A stretch of 64,000 bases of DNA from an uncultured Bacteroidia bacterium. GTDB lineage: Bacteria; Bacteroidota; Bacteroidia; Bacteroidales; UBA932. This document shows positions 39,956 to 48,503 of this stretch, piece after piece. A model generated the notes under the pieces. It saw only the letters and a program-made list of their open reading frames with translations, was not told the origin of the DNA and searched no databases. The stretch is from contig CADAOA010000002.1 of NCBI GenBank assembly GCA_902789435.1, positions 27,285 to 91,284 on the forward strand. The letters are read 5' to 3'. A program made the translations under genes and the position numbers. Position 1 is the stretch's first letter. The number at the start of each line of letters is the position of its first letter.

Positions 39956-41032
39956 ATGAAAAAAGAGGAGAATGTGTTAAAGTATGAAACGGCTGTGGAA
40001 GATATAAAAAACGCAATTCTTCAAAGTCAACACAAAGCAATTAAGAATGCTAATAAAGAACTCCTTCAACTATATTTCAAAATTGGAGAATATGTTTCCC
40101 GAAATTCTAGAAATGGATGCTGGGGAAGAGGGGCAATAGAAATCATCAGCATAAGACTACGGGCCGAGATGCCTGGTTTACAAGGTTTTTCTGCTACCAG
40201 CATAAAACGTATGAGGCTGTTTTATGAAGCATGGAACAAGTTATACGACAAATCGTCCAACGCGTTGGACGATTTAGATAACGACGTATCTGGACACTTT
40301 TATTCTATCGGATTTTCTCAACATTGTATCATTATACACAAAATCAAAAGCTTAGAAGAGAGAATAAATTACATTAAGTTAGCCGCAAAAGAGAATCTCT
40401 CCGCCAGAACTCTGGAAAAGTTTATAGCCCAAGATGTTATTCACCATCGAGGTGTATTGCCCAATAATTTTCAAAAGACAATCCCCGACTCTATAACCGC
40501 ACAACGAGCCATAATGGCATTCAAAGATGAGTATCTGTTGGATTTCATAAATGTTGAACAACTAGGAGCCAGGGATTTGGAAGATGTAGATGAATCAGTG
40601 ATCGAGAATAGTATTGTTCATAATATCAGAAATTTCATAATGACTTTCGGAAAAGATTTCTCTTTTATAGGGAATCAATATGTGGTCGAGGCTTTTGGTC
40701 ACACTCACAAGATAGACCTATTGTTTTATAACCGGGCTCTAGCGACATTAGTGGCTGTAGAAATAAAGAAAGGCAACTTTAAACCATCTTACTTAGGACA
40801 GTTAAGCATCTATCTGCAAGTTCTCGATGATTTTGTAAGGAAACCTTGGGAAAATCCAAGCATAGGAATTGTTCTATGTGGCTCTGCTGAAAAAGCTTAT
40901 GTAGAATATGCCGTGCGATCATACACCAATCCTCTTGGAGTAGCTACTTATAAGTCGGCAGATGAAATGCCGGAAGAATTGAGGAAAGCATTGCCAAATG
41001 AAAAGCAATTGAAAGGACTTTTAGGAAGATAG
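39956..41032 (+). CDS. yhcG: PD-(D/E)xK nuclease domain protein, YhcG/DUF1016 family
   Basis: C-terminal IDLLFYN...LVAVEIKKG (D...E-x-K) core and N-terminal helical domain typical of DUF1016. Strongly AT-rich relative to its flanks. Confidence 0.7.
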   Translation: MKKEENVLKYETAVEDIKNAILQSQHKAIKNANKELLQLYFKIGEYVSRNSRNGCWGRGAIEIISIRLRAEMPGLQGFSATSIKRMRLFYEAWNKLYDKSSNALDDLDNDVSGHFYSIGFSQHCIIIHKIKSLEERINYIKLAAKENLSARTLEKFIAQDVIHHRGVLPNNFQKTIPDSITAQRAIMAFKDEYLLDFINVEQLGARDLEDVDESVIENSIVHNIRNFIMTFGKDFSFIGNQYVVEAFGHTHKIDLLFYNRALATLVAVEIKKGNFKPSYLGQLSIYLQVLDDFVRKPWENPSIGIVLCGSAEKAYVEYAVRSYTNPLGVATYKSADEMPEELRKALPNEKQLKGLLGR

Positions 41033-41035
41033 ATT

Positions 41036-42664
41036 ATGTTGTGCAAAGTTTATTGTGCGTGCTGCAACGGGTTGGAGGTTACAACCGTAACGGTAGAGGT
41101 AAGTGTGACGGATGGTATTCAGTTTCATCTGGTTGGGCTGCCGGACAGCGCTGTCAAGGAGAGCCAGCAGAGGATTGAGAGCGCACTGTTCAGCAACGGC
41201 TTCAGATTTCCAGGCAAGAGGATTACAATCAATCTGGCGCCCGCAAATATCAAAAAGGAAGGGTCGTCGTTTGATGTGCCGCTGGCAATAGGCATCCTGT
41301 GCGCATCCGGGCAGCTGGACGAGAATGTGGCCTTGCGGCTTAAGGATTTCATTATCCTCGGCGAACTGGCTCTGGATGGAAATTTCATTATCCTCGGCGA
41401 ACTGGCTCTGGATGGAACACTCAGGGAGATCCCAGGAGCACTGCCAATAATCATCCACGCAATGGAACAAGGTTTCAAAGCTTGCATTCTACCCTCTTCT
41501 TCAGCGATGGAGGGAGCGGAGATTGACGGCATAACAATCTTTGCGGCAGAGAGCTTCAGAGATGTGATCGGGATACTTAAGTCTCCGGAAGAAGCATCTG
41601 ATTTGATAGTCACTCCACAAAGCATCGGCCAAGTGGAAGAAGACGATGGAGGCGAAGACCGGCAGAACTACGATTTCTCTCAGGTCCGCGGACAGTTCCA
41701 GGCTAAAAGAGCAATGGAGATAGCTGCAAGCGGGGGCCATAACATTATCTTGTCCGGTTCGCCGGGCAGCGGCAAGACTTTCCTGGCAAAATGCCTTAGG
41801 GGCATACTTCCGCCAATGTCCAAGGAAGAAGCAATCCAGACCAGCAACATCTACTCGGTGGCAGGATTGCTGGCTTCAGAGTCCGGCAAGGAGCATCATC
41901 GCGGAGGACTGCTCAGAAACCGTCCGTTCAGAAGCCCTCATCATACGATTACGGTTCCCGCCCTGATTGGGGGCGGAAGCAAGGGTCTTCCGGGCGAAAT
42001 CTCCCTTGCTCACAACGGAGTCTTGTTCGCCGACGAATTCGCCGAGTACGACAGGCGTTCCATTGAAGTTCTGCGCCAGCCGCTGGAAGACGGGGTGGTG
42101 CAGATTAGCCGCGTAATGGGCAAGCATTTCTACCCCGCCAGGTTTATGCTGGTGGCTGCAATGAACCCCTGCCCTTGTGGCCATCTGTATGACGGAAGCG
42201 GGAAATGCAAATGCTCTTCCTCAGCGATAATAAAATACCGCAGCAAGATTTCAGGCCCGGTGATGGACCGCATAGACATCCACGTCTTGGTCAGGCCTGT
42301 CAAGGCAAACGAGCTGATATTTCCGTCCCAAGGTCGGGAAGAAACAAGTTCAGTTATCGCTGAGAGAGTAAAGAAAGCCAGAGACATCCAAATGGAAAGA
42401 TACCTCAAAAACGGAGAATCCTTCTTCACCAATGCCGCTATAACGCCTTCAAAAATAGCGACATACTGCAGGCTTAAATATCAGGATAGACTTCTGCTTG
42501 AAGCCCTTGTCAGAAAGCAGGGCATAAGCGCCAGAGGCTATACCAGAATCCTGAAAATCGCAAGAACCATCGCCGACCTTGAACAGTCAGAAACAATTGC
42601 CGAAAAACATATTGCAGAAGCAGCCAGTCTCCGGTGCCCCGACAAAAACGAAATGATGCAATAG
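41036..42664 (+). CDS. comM: Mg-chelatase-like AAA+ protein ComM/YifB (carries a 12-aa internal duplication)
   Basis: Lon-like N-domain (GLPDSAVKESQQRI, LGELALDG), Walker A GSPGSGKTFLAK, Walker B VLFADEF, C-terminal ARGYTRILKIARTIADL. Confidence 0.92.
   Translation: MLCKVYCACCNGLEVTTVTVEVSVTDGIQFHLVGLPDSAVKESQQRIESALFSNGFRFPGKRITINLAPANIKKEGSSFDVPLAIGILCASGQLDENVALRLKDFIILGELALDGNFIILGELALDGTLREIPGALPIIIHAMEQGFKACILPSSSAMEGAEIDGITIFAAESFRDVIGILKSPEEASDLIVTPQSIGQVEEDDGGEDRQNYDFSQVRGQFQAKRAMEIAASGGHNIILSGSPGSGKTFLAKCLRGILPPMSKEEAIQTSNIYSVAGLLASESGKEHHRGGLLRNRPFRSPHHTITVPALIGGGSKGLPGEISLAHNGVLFADEFAEYDRRSIEVLRQPLEDGVVQISRVMGKHFYPARFMLVAAMNPCPCGHLYDGSGKCKCSSSAIIKYRSKISGPVMDRIDIHVLVRPVKANELIFPSQGREETSSVIAERVKKARDIQMERYLKNGESFFTNAAITPSKIATYCRLKYQDRLLLEALVRKQGISARGYTRILKIARTIADLEQSETIAEKHIAEAASLRCPDKNEMMQ
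41346..41417 (+). repeat. perfect 36-bp direct tandem duplication inside comM
   Basis: 41346-41381 and 41382-41417 are identical (atttcattatcctcggcgaactggctctggatggaa). This gives FIILGELALDGN|FIILGELALDGT in the protein. Confidence 0.95.
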
Positions 42665-42694
42665 AAGAAAATCTTTTGTATTTTCGCAATCTAT

Positions 42695-44425
42695 ATGGTT
42701 TTCAAGATTGCGGACAATATAATTTCTCCTCTGGGGTTTACTTCTGAACAGAATTACTGGGCTGTAAAGTCTGGCAAAAGTGCTTTGGCTCCCCTTAATC
42801 TTCAAGGTCTTCAGGAGAAAGTATATGCCTCTCTTTTCAGCGATGGAGAGAGGGACAGCCTGCAGGTTGAAGGCCTTAGCCGGTTTGAATCTCTTGTGTA
42901 CAGGTCTGCAAGACAGGCTCTCGATGAGATTGACGGACAGTTTGACCTGACGGGAAAGGATGTTGTATTTGTTCTTGGAACCACAAAGGGCAACATAGAG
43001 AATCTCGGAAAAGATACGGAAGATGATGCCGTTCTCCCCGGGGAAAGCGCAAGGCGGATTTGTTCCCGGCTCGGAATCACCACCACCCCTATCGTGGTTT
43101 GTAATGCCTGCATTTCAGGGCTTAATTCCATAATCCTGGCATCCAAGCTTCTGGAAAGCGGTGCTTTCAAATATGCCGTGGTTTGCGGCGCGGATGTCCT
43201 GGGCAAATTCATCATCTCCGGATTCCAGGCGCTGAAAACGCTGAGTGAAGAAGCTTGCCGGCCTTTCGACATAGAAAGATGCGGAATGAATCTGGGAGAA
43301 GCGGCGGCAACCATGGTGCTTTCTGTTGTTCCTGCCGACGGGAAATCCTGGAGTATAGATGCTGGTGCTGTCAGAAACGACGCCCACAACATAACCGCTC
43401 CCTCTCCGAAGGGAGACGGAGCCGGCCTGGCCATCTCCGAAGTTTTGGAAGGATTTGATACTCAGCGACTGGCTTTGGTAAACGCCCATGGAACGTCTTC
43501 CCTTTTTATGGATCAGATGGAAAGCGTGGCTCTGGAAAGAGCGGGGCTGGCAGATGTTCCGGCCAATAGCCTCAAAGGATATTTCGGACATACGCTTGGC
43601 GCGGCGGGTATCCTGGAAACTATTGTGACGATGAAAGCCCTCGAAGAAGACCTCATCCTGGGCACCAAGGGATTTGAAGAAATCGGGGTAAGCTCCCCTA
43701 TAAAGATATCTCCAGATTCCGTTCCCGCCGGAGGAAAAAAGAGTTTTGTCAAGACAGTTTCTGGATTCGGAGGCGCAAATGCAGCTATTCTAGCATGTTG
43801 TGATCCGGATAAAACGGATAAAAAATCCAGCAACCCAGATTTCATACAAACACACACGGTTAAGATAACCGCTTCTGAAGTGATTGTGGACGGAACTGCT
43901 TTGCCACATCCTGAAAGTATTTCGGGCAAAGAGCTGCTGAGCTTCCTGTACAAGGAAAAGGTTGGCGGCTATCCACAGTTCTACAAAATGGACCTTATGA
44001 CCCGTCTGGGCTTCATAGCTTCTGAACTTTTGCTGGAGGCTGAAGGCAGGGAGAGATTTGCCGGAACTGATTCTAGGGCGGTAATCCTCTTCAACAGGTC
44101 TTCTTCCCTGACGACAGACCGAAAGTATCTGGAAACCATATCCGAAGACAACTACTTCCCGAGCCCGTCCCTGTTTGTCTACACGCTTCCGAATATCATT
44201 ACCGGAGAAATTACTATCCGCAATAAATACAACGGAGAAACGTCTTTCCATATACTGCCGGAAAAAGACATGGATCTGATAAAAAATGTGTTGAAGGCAG
44301 CTTTTGGAGACAGGAAAACACAAAGTGTCATTTCCGGATGGATAGACTGCTATGGGGAAACCCGGTTTGAAGCGGAACTGTTCATCGCGGAGAAAAAGAA
44401 AAACGACTATGAAAGAGAGAATTAG
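42695..44425 (+). CDS. beta-ketoacyl synthase (Cys-His-His type, ~370 aa) with a ~200-aa C-terminal extra domain
   Basis: VVCNACISGLNS (Cys), VNAHGTSS (His), GHTLGAAG (His), GFGGANAA. The C-terminal part (SPSLFVYTLPNIITGEITI) looks like a Cys-less KS-like half (by eye). Confidence 0.8.
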   Translation: MVFKIADNIISPLGFTSEQNYWAVKSGKSALAPLNLQGLQEKVYASLFSDGERDSLQVEGLSRFESLVYRSARQALDEIDGQFDLTGKDVVFVLGTTKGNIENLGKDTEDDAVLPGESARRICSRLGITTTPIVVCNACISGLNSIILASKLLESGAFKYAVVCGADVLGKFIISGFQALKTLSEEACRPFDIERCGMNLGEAAATMVLSVVPADGKSWSIDAGAVRNDAHNITAPSPKGDGAGLAISEVLEGFDTQRLALVNAHGTSSLFMDQMESVALERAGLADVPANSLKGYFGHTLGAAGILETIVTMKALEEDLILGTKGFEEIGVSSPIKISPDSVPAGGKKSFVKTVSGFGGANAAILACCDPDKTDKKSSNPDFIQTHTVKITASEVIVDGTALPHPESISGKELLSFLYKEKVGGYPQFYKMDLMTRLGFIASELLLEAEGRERFAGTDSRAVILFNRSSSLTTDRKYLETISEDNYFPSPSLFVYTLPNIITGEITIRNKYNGETSFHILPEKDMDLIKNVLKAAFGDRKTQSVISGWIDCYGETRFEAELFIAEKKKNDYEREN

Positions 44426-44630
44426 AGAGATTTTGGAAGATGCCCTTCCACTTGTTGACCTGGATTCCGACTTCCTGTTCAAGGAACTGGATTCCCTTGG
44501 CGTGGCCACTATATTGCTGAAACTTTCAGAAGAATATTCCATTAAGCTGGACGCCAAAGACGCGACTCCCAAGAACCTGAAGTCCCTGGACTCACTGGAA
44601 GCAATGGTGAAAAGCAAGCTTGAGAAATGA
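44409..44630 (+). CDS. acyl/peptidyl carrier protein (73 aa)
   Basis: ELDSLGVATIL contains the DSL phosphopantetheine-attachment pattern. Start at MKERIREIL, overlapping the KS stop by 17 nt. Confidence 0.7.
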   Translation: MKERIREILEDALPLVDLDSDFLFKELDSLGVATILLKLSEEYSIKLDAKDATPKNLKSLDSLEAMVKSKLEK

Positions 44631-45940
44631 GGCTGGTAGATTATCTCCATAAAAACGCCGGACTGTATCCGGAAAAAACCGCCGCTATCTGCGGAGAAGA
44701 GACTATCACCTGGAAGGAGCTGTCTGAAAAGGTTATCGATCGCGCCTCTTCGTTCAGAAAGGGACAGGTGGTTCCGTTCAGATCTTCGCAGAGCATTGAT
44801 TTTCTGATAACTTATTTTGCAATCCACCAGGCCGGTGCGGTGGCGGCCCCTCTGGAAAAAGATATTCCGGAGAACCGTTTCAGGGAAATCTATGACATTC
44901 TTTCTTCCAGCCAGGTTCCGGAAGGGACGGCAGACATTCTCTACACCACCGGAACTACCGGAAAGTCCAAGGGCGTTATCATAAGCCACAGGACCATAAT
45001 CGCCGATGCGGAAAATCTAATCGAGGGCCAGGGTTTCTCCCATGACCTTCTGTTCATCATCAGCGGACCTCTGAACCATATTGGAAGCCTGTCCAAGATT
45101 TTCCCGGTTACGATGCAAGGAGCAACCCTCTACATCCTGGAGGGAATGAAAGACCTGGATAAATTCTTTGAAGCTCTGGATTATCCGGCAGAAAAGAACG
45201 CAACGTTCTTTGTTCCGGCAACCATACGCATGCTGCTGATGTTCAGTGGTGAAAGACTATCCAAATATGCAGACAAGATAGACTTCATAGAGTCAGGGGC
45301 GGCACCTTTGGCCCACTCTGACATGCTGAGGCTCTGCGAGGTTCTTCCGAAGACCAGGCTCTACAACACCTACGCCTCCACAGAAACGGGAATCATAGCC
45401 ACCTACAATTTCAACGACGGGGAATGTATACCCGGATGTCTGGGAAAGCCTATGAGCCATTCCAGGATAATCATCACCCCTGAAGGGAAGATCTCCTGCC
45501 AGGGCGATACACTAATGAGCGGATATGTGAACGATCCTGCCTTGACGGCTTCCATTCTGAAGGATGACACCATATACACGTCAGATATCGGTGAACTGGA
45601 CGAAAAGGGAAGGCTCCATCTTAAGGGAAGGGAAACGGATGTCATCAATGTCGGCGGATTCAAGGTTTCCCCTTCAGAGGTTGAGGATGCCGCAATGTCA
45701 TTCCCGGGAGTAAAAGACTGCATCTGCATAGGAATCCCGCATCCTATTACCGGAATGGGACTGAAATTGATCGTGGCCCTGGAAGACGGATCCTTCCTGG
45801 ACAAGCAAGGTCTGGCCAGGCATCTGAAGGGCAAACTGGAAACATTCAAGGTCCCTTTGCTTTACCAGCAGGCGGACAGCATCAAACGGACCTACAACGG
45901 AAAACTGGACCGAAAATTTTATAATTCACAAAATATATGA
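44627..45940 (+). CDS. class I adenylate-forming enzyme (AMP-dependent synthetase/ligase), short form
   Basis: YTTGTTGKSKGV (A3/P-loop), YASTETG, GDIGELDEKG, GGFKVSP, and terminal NGKLDRK Lys. ATGA overlap with the carrier protein gene. Confidence 0.85.
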   Translation: MRLVDYLHKNAGLYPEKTAAICGEETITWKELSEKVIDRASSFRKGQVVPFRSSQSIDFLITYFAIHQAGAVAAPLEKDIPENRFREIYDILSSSQVPEGTADILYTTGTTGKSKGVIISHRTIIADAENLIEGQGFSHDLLFIISGPLNHIGSLSKIFPVTMQGATLYILEGMKDLDKFFEALDYPAEKNATFFVPATIRMLLMFSGERLSKYADKIDFIESGAAPLAHSDMLRLCEVLPKTRLYNTYASTETGIIATYNFNDGECIPGCLGKPMSHSRIIITPEGKISCQGDTLMSGYVNDPALTASILKDDTIYTSDIGELDEKGRLHLKGRETDVINVGGFKVSPSEVEDAAMSFPGVKDCICIGIPHPITGMGLKLIVALEDGSFLDKQGLARHLKGKLETFKVPLLYQQADSIKRTYNGKLDRKFYNSQNI

Positions 45941-47970
45941 AAATCAAGATTATGTTATCAGCACTCTGCTTTGCGGCGTTAACCGCCGGATGCACAGGCG
46001 GGAAGACACTTACCTCCGGCCTGGACAAGGCAAACATGAATGATTCAATCGCTCCTGGCGAGGACTTCTACGAATATTGCGCTGGCGGCTGGATGAAGGC
46101 CAACCCGCTCAAGCCGGAGTATTCAAGCTTCGGACAGTTCAATGTCCTTTCAGACAACAACGAGCTTCAGCTCAAGGAAATGTTTGAGGAGTACGCGAAC
46201 AACCCTCAGGAGAAGGGCACCCTCGGCCAGAAGATCGGCAGCTTATACCGTATGGCTCTGGACTCTGTAAAGAGGAACGAAGACGGCTACAAGCCAATCA
46301 TGAAAGACCTGGAGTATGTACGCAACATCGCAACCCGCGAGGATTTCCAGATAGCCAATGCCGTTCTGGGAAAGAGAGGCGTCGACATTTCAATGTTCTC
46401 CATTTACTGCGACGCAGATCTTTCCGATTCTGAGAACAACCTCGTCCAGACATATCAGGGCGGACTGGGACTCGGCAACAAAGACTACTACTTGAACGAT
46501 GACGAGGCTTCCAAGAAGATTATGGAAGCATACAAGACCCTCATCTGCAAACTGTTCACAATGGTTGGCTACTCTGAGGCCGAGGCAAAGGCCAAGATGG
46601 AGAACATCCTCTCCTTAGAGTACAGGATAGCAAGGGCTTCCAAGAGCAGGACAGAGCTCCGCGATGTTCCTAACAACTTCCACAAGATGAGCTACGCAGA
46701 CCTCAAGAAATATTACCCTGGCATTATGTGGGACGAGATTCTCAGCGGACTGGGATATCCTGCAATTGACTCTGTATCCGTGGGACAGCCAGACCATCTC
46801 AAGGAAGTCGAGAGAATCGGAAAGGAAGCTCCTCTTCAGGCTCTCAAGGACTATGCAGAATTCGGAGTAATCTACGGCGCAACCAGTATGCTCAGCGATG
46901 ATTTCCGCAAGGTTTCATTCGAGTTCAGCCAGGTGATGAGCGGAGCCCAGGAAGACAGGCCTAGATGGAAGAGGGCTGTCGGAGCTGTAAACGGTGTTCT
47001 CGGAATGCCTGTCGGAAAGCTCTATGTGGAAAAGTACTTCCCTGAGAGCAGCAAGCAGAGAATGCTTACCCTTGTAAACAACCTCAAGGACGCTCTGCAC
47101 CAGAGAATAGAGCAGCTCGAGTGGATGAGCGATTCAACCAAGCAGCAGGCATACGACAAGCTTGCTAACTTCATCGTGAAGATAGGATATCCGGACACCT
47201 GGAGAGACTACTCCAAGCTTCAGATAGACGACACTCTCTCATATTATGAGAATATGTGCAACGCTTCCGAGTTCTACCTTGCAGACATGATTGACCGCAA
47301 GGTTGGAAAGCCTGTCGACAAGACCGAGTGGCTTATGACTCCTCAGACCATCAACGCATACTACAACCCTACAACCAACGAGATCTGCTTCCCTGCAGGA
47401 ATTCTCCAGCCGCCATTCTTCAACCCGGCAGCTGACGACGCCGCTAACTATGGAGCAATCGGAGTTGTAATCGGCCACGAGATGAGCCACGGCTTCGACG
47501 ACCAGGGCAGCCTGTTCGACAAGGATGGCAACATGCACAACTGGTGGACAGCAGAAGACAAGGCCAAGTTCGACGAGAGAACTTCTGTTCTTGCAGACTT
47601 CTTCTCCACTCAGGAAGTTCTTCCGGGAGTATTCATCAACGGAAGACTCACCCTCGGCGAGAACATCGGTGACAACGGCGGTCTGCACATCGCTTACCAG
47701 GCATTCCAGAACGCAATGAAGCAGAACCCTCTCGGAGAGAAGGACGGCTTTACCCCAGACCAGAGATTCTTCATCTCCTACGGCTTCATCTGGGCTGCTA
47801 ACTTCAGAGACGAGTACATCCGCAACCAGGTTCTGAACGACCCTCACTCCAATGCAAGGTTCAGAGTGAACGCAGCTCTTCCTCAGATTGACGAGTGGTA
47901 CGAGGCCTTCGGAATCAAGGAAGGAGACAAACTCTACCTCGCTCCTGAAAAGAGAGCCCGCATCTGGTAA
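45937..47970 (+). CDS. pepO: M13 family zinc metallopeptidase (PepO/neprilysin-like) lipoprotein
   Basis: Lipobox LTAGC, HEMSHGFDD (HExxH), ENIGDNGG (ENxADxGG). Confidence 0.9.
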   Translation: MKIKIMLSALCFAALTAGCTGGKTLTSGLDKANMNDSIAPGEDFYEYCAGGWMKANPLKPEYSSFGQFNVLSDNNELQLKEMFEEYANNPQEKGTLGQKIGSLYRMALDSVKRNEDGYKPIMKDLEYVRNIATREDFQIANAVLGKRGVDISMFSIYCDADLSDSENNLVQTYQGGLGLGNKDYYLNDDEASKKIMEAYKTLICKLFTMVGYSEAEAKAKMENILSLEYRIARASKSRTELRDVPNNFHKMSYADLKKYYPGIMWDEILSGLGYPAIDSVSVGQPDHLKEVERIGKEAPLQALKDYAEFGVIYGATSMLSDDFRKVSFEFSQVMSGAQEDRPRWKRAVGAVNGVLGMPVGKLYVEKYFPESSKQRMLTLVNNLKDALHQRIEQLEWMSDSTKQQAYDKLANFIVKIGYPDTWRDYSKLQIDDTLSYYENMCNASEFYLADMIDRKVGKPVDKTEWLMTPQTINAYYNPTTNEICFPAGILQPPFFNPAADDAANYGAIGVVIGHEMSHGFDDQGSLFDKDGNMHNWWTAEDKAKFDERTSVLADFFSTQEVLPGVFINGRLTLGENIGDNGGLHIAYQAFQNAMKQNPLGEKDGFTPDQRFFISYGFIWAANFRDEYIRNQVLNDPHSNARFRVNAALPQIDEWYEAFGIKEGDKLYLAPEKRARIW

Positions 47971-47987
47971 AAAAACAAAGCTCAGCG

Positions 47988-48503
47988 ATGAAAAAAGTCG
48001 GACTCATATCAGATACTCACGGCTACTTTGGAGCTGAGCTTAAAGACTTTCTCAAAGACGTGGATGTTGTCCTTCACTGTGGTGACTGGGGCAGCATCCA
48101 CACTCTTGAGGAGGTCAAAAAATTCAAGCCCGTCATAGGCGTTTACGGCAACTGCGACGACCAGGACATACGCCTGGAAGTTCCCCTCTACCAGCATTTC
48201 ATGCTCGAGGACCTGGACTGCCTGATGATCCACATCGGAGGCTACCCTGCCCGCTACGACTATAGGGCATATCAGCTCATCCATCAGGTCCATCCGGACA
48301 TCTTCTTCTGCGGCCATTCCCACATCCTCAGGGTGATGAACGACCCGCATAATTTCTCCAAAGAAGATTCTGACCGGAAAATGCTCGTGATGAATCCGGG
48401 TGCCTGCGGACAGATGGGCTTTCACAACGTAAGAACGGCCCTCCGCTTCAAGGTGGAAGGCCGTGATATCACAGATCTTGAACTTGGCCAATGGCCCCGC
48501 TGA
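47988..48503 (+). CDS. YfcE/MJ0936-type metallophosphoesterase
   Basis: ISDTHG, CGDWGS, GNCD and GHSH metal-site motifs. 171 aa. Confidence 0.85.
   Translation: MKKVGLISDTHGYFGAELKDFLKDVDVVLHCGDWGSIHTLEEVKKFKPVIGVYGNCDDQDIRLEVPLYQHFMLEDLDCLMIHIGGYPARYDYRAYQLIHQVHPDIFFCGHSHILRVMNDPHNFSKEDSDRKMLVMNPGACGQMGFHNVRTALRFKVEGRDITDLELGQWPR

Noticed and set aside
43790-44989. 399-aa minus-strand ORF spanning the KS, ACP and ligase genes
   Set aside because: It crosses two gene junctions on the opposite strand of three motif-bearing genes. The translation is Ser/Arg/Phe-rich noise.
42695-45940. Calling the KS/ACP/ligase trio an aryl-polyene or flexirubin biosynthetic cluster
   Set aside because: The hallmark accessory genes (ketoreductase, dehydratases, thioesterase, LolA-like and MMPL export components, ammonia lyase/DarAB) are absent from the neighbourhood. 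Only the generic chemistry can be inferred.
47975-47990. Recurring (c)tcagcgat(g) strings near several start codons and inside genes (e.g. 8446, 21488, 39096, 47981, 53628)
   Set aside because: The string is short. It occurs both in coding and intergenic contexts and on no consistent register relative to starts. It is most likely a compositional coincidence and not a regulatory motif.
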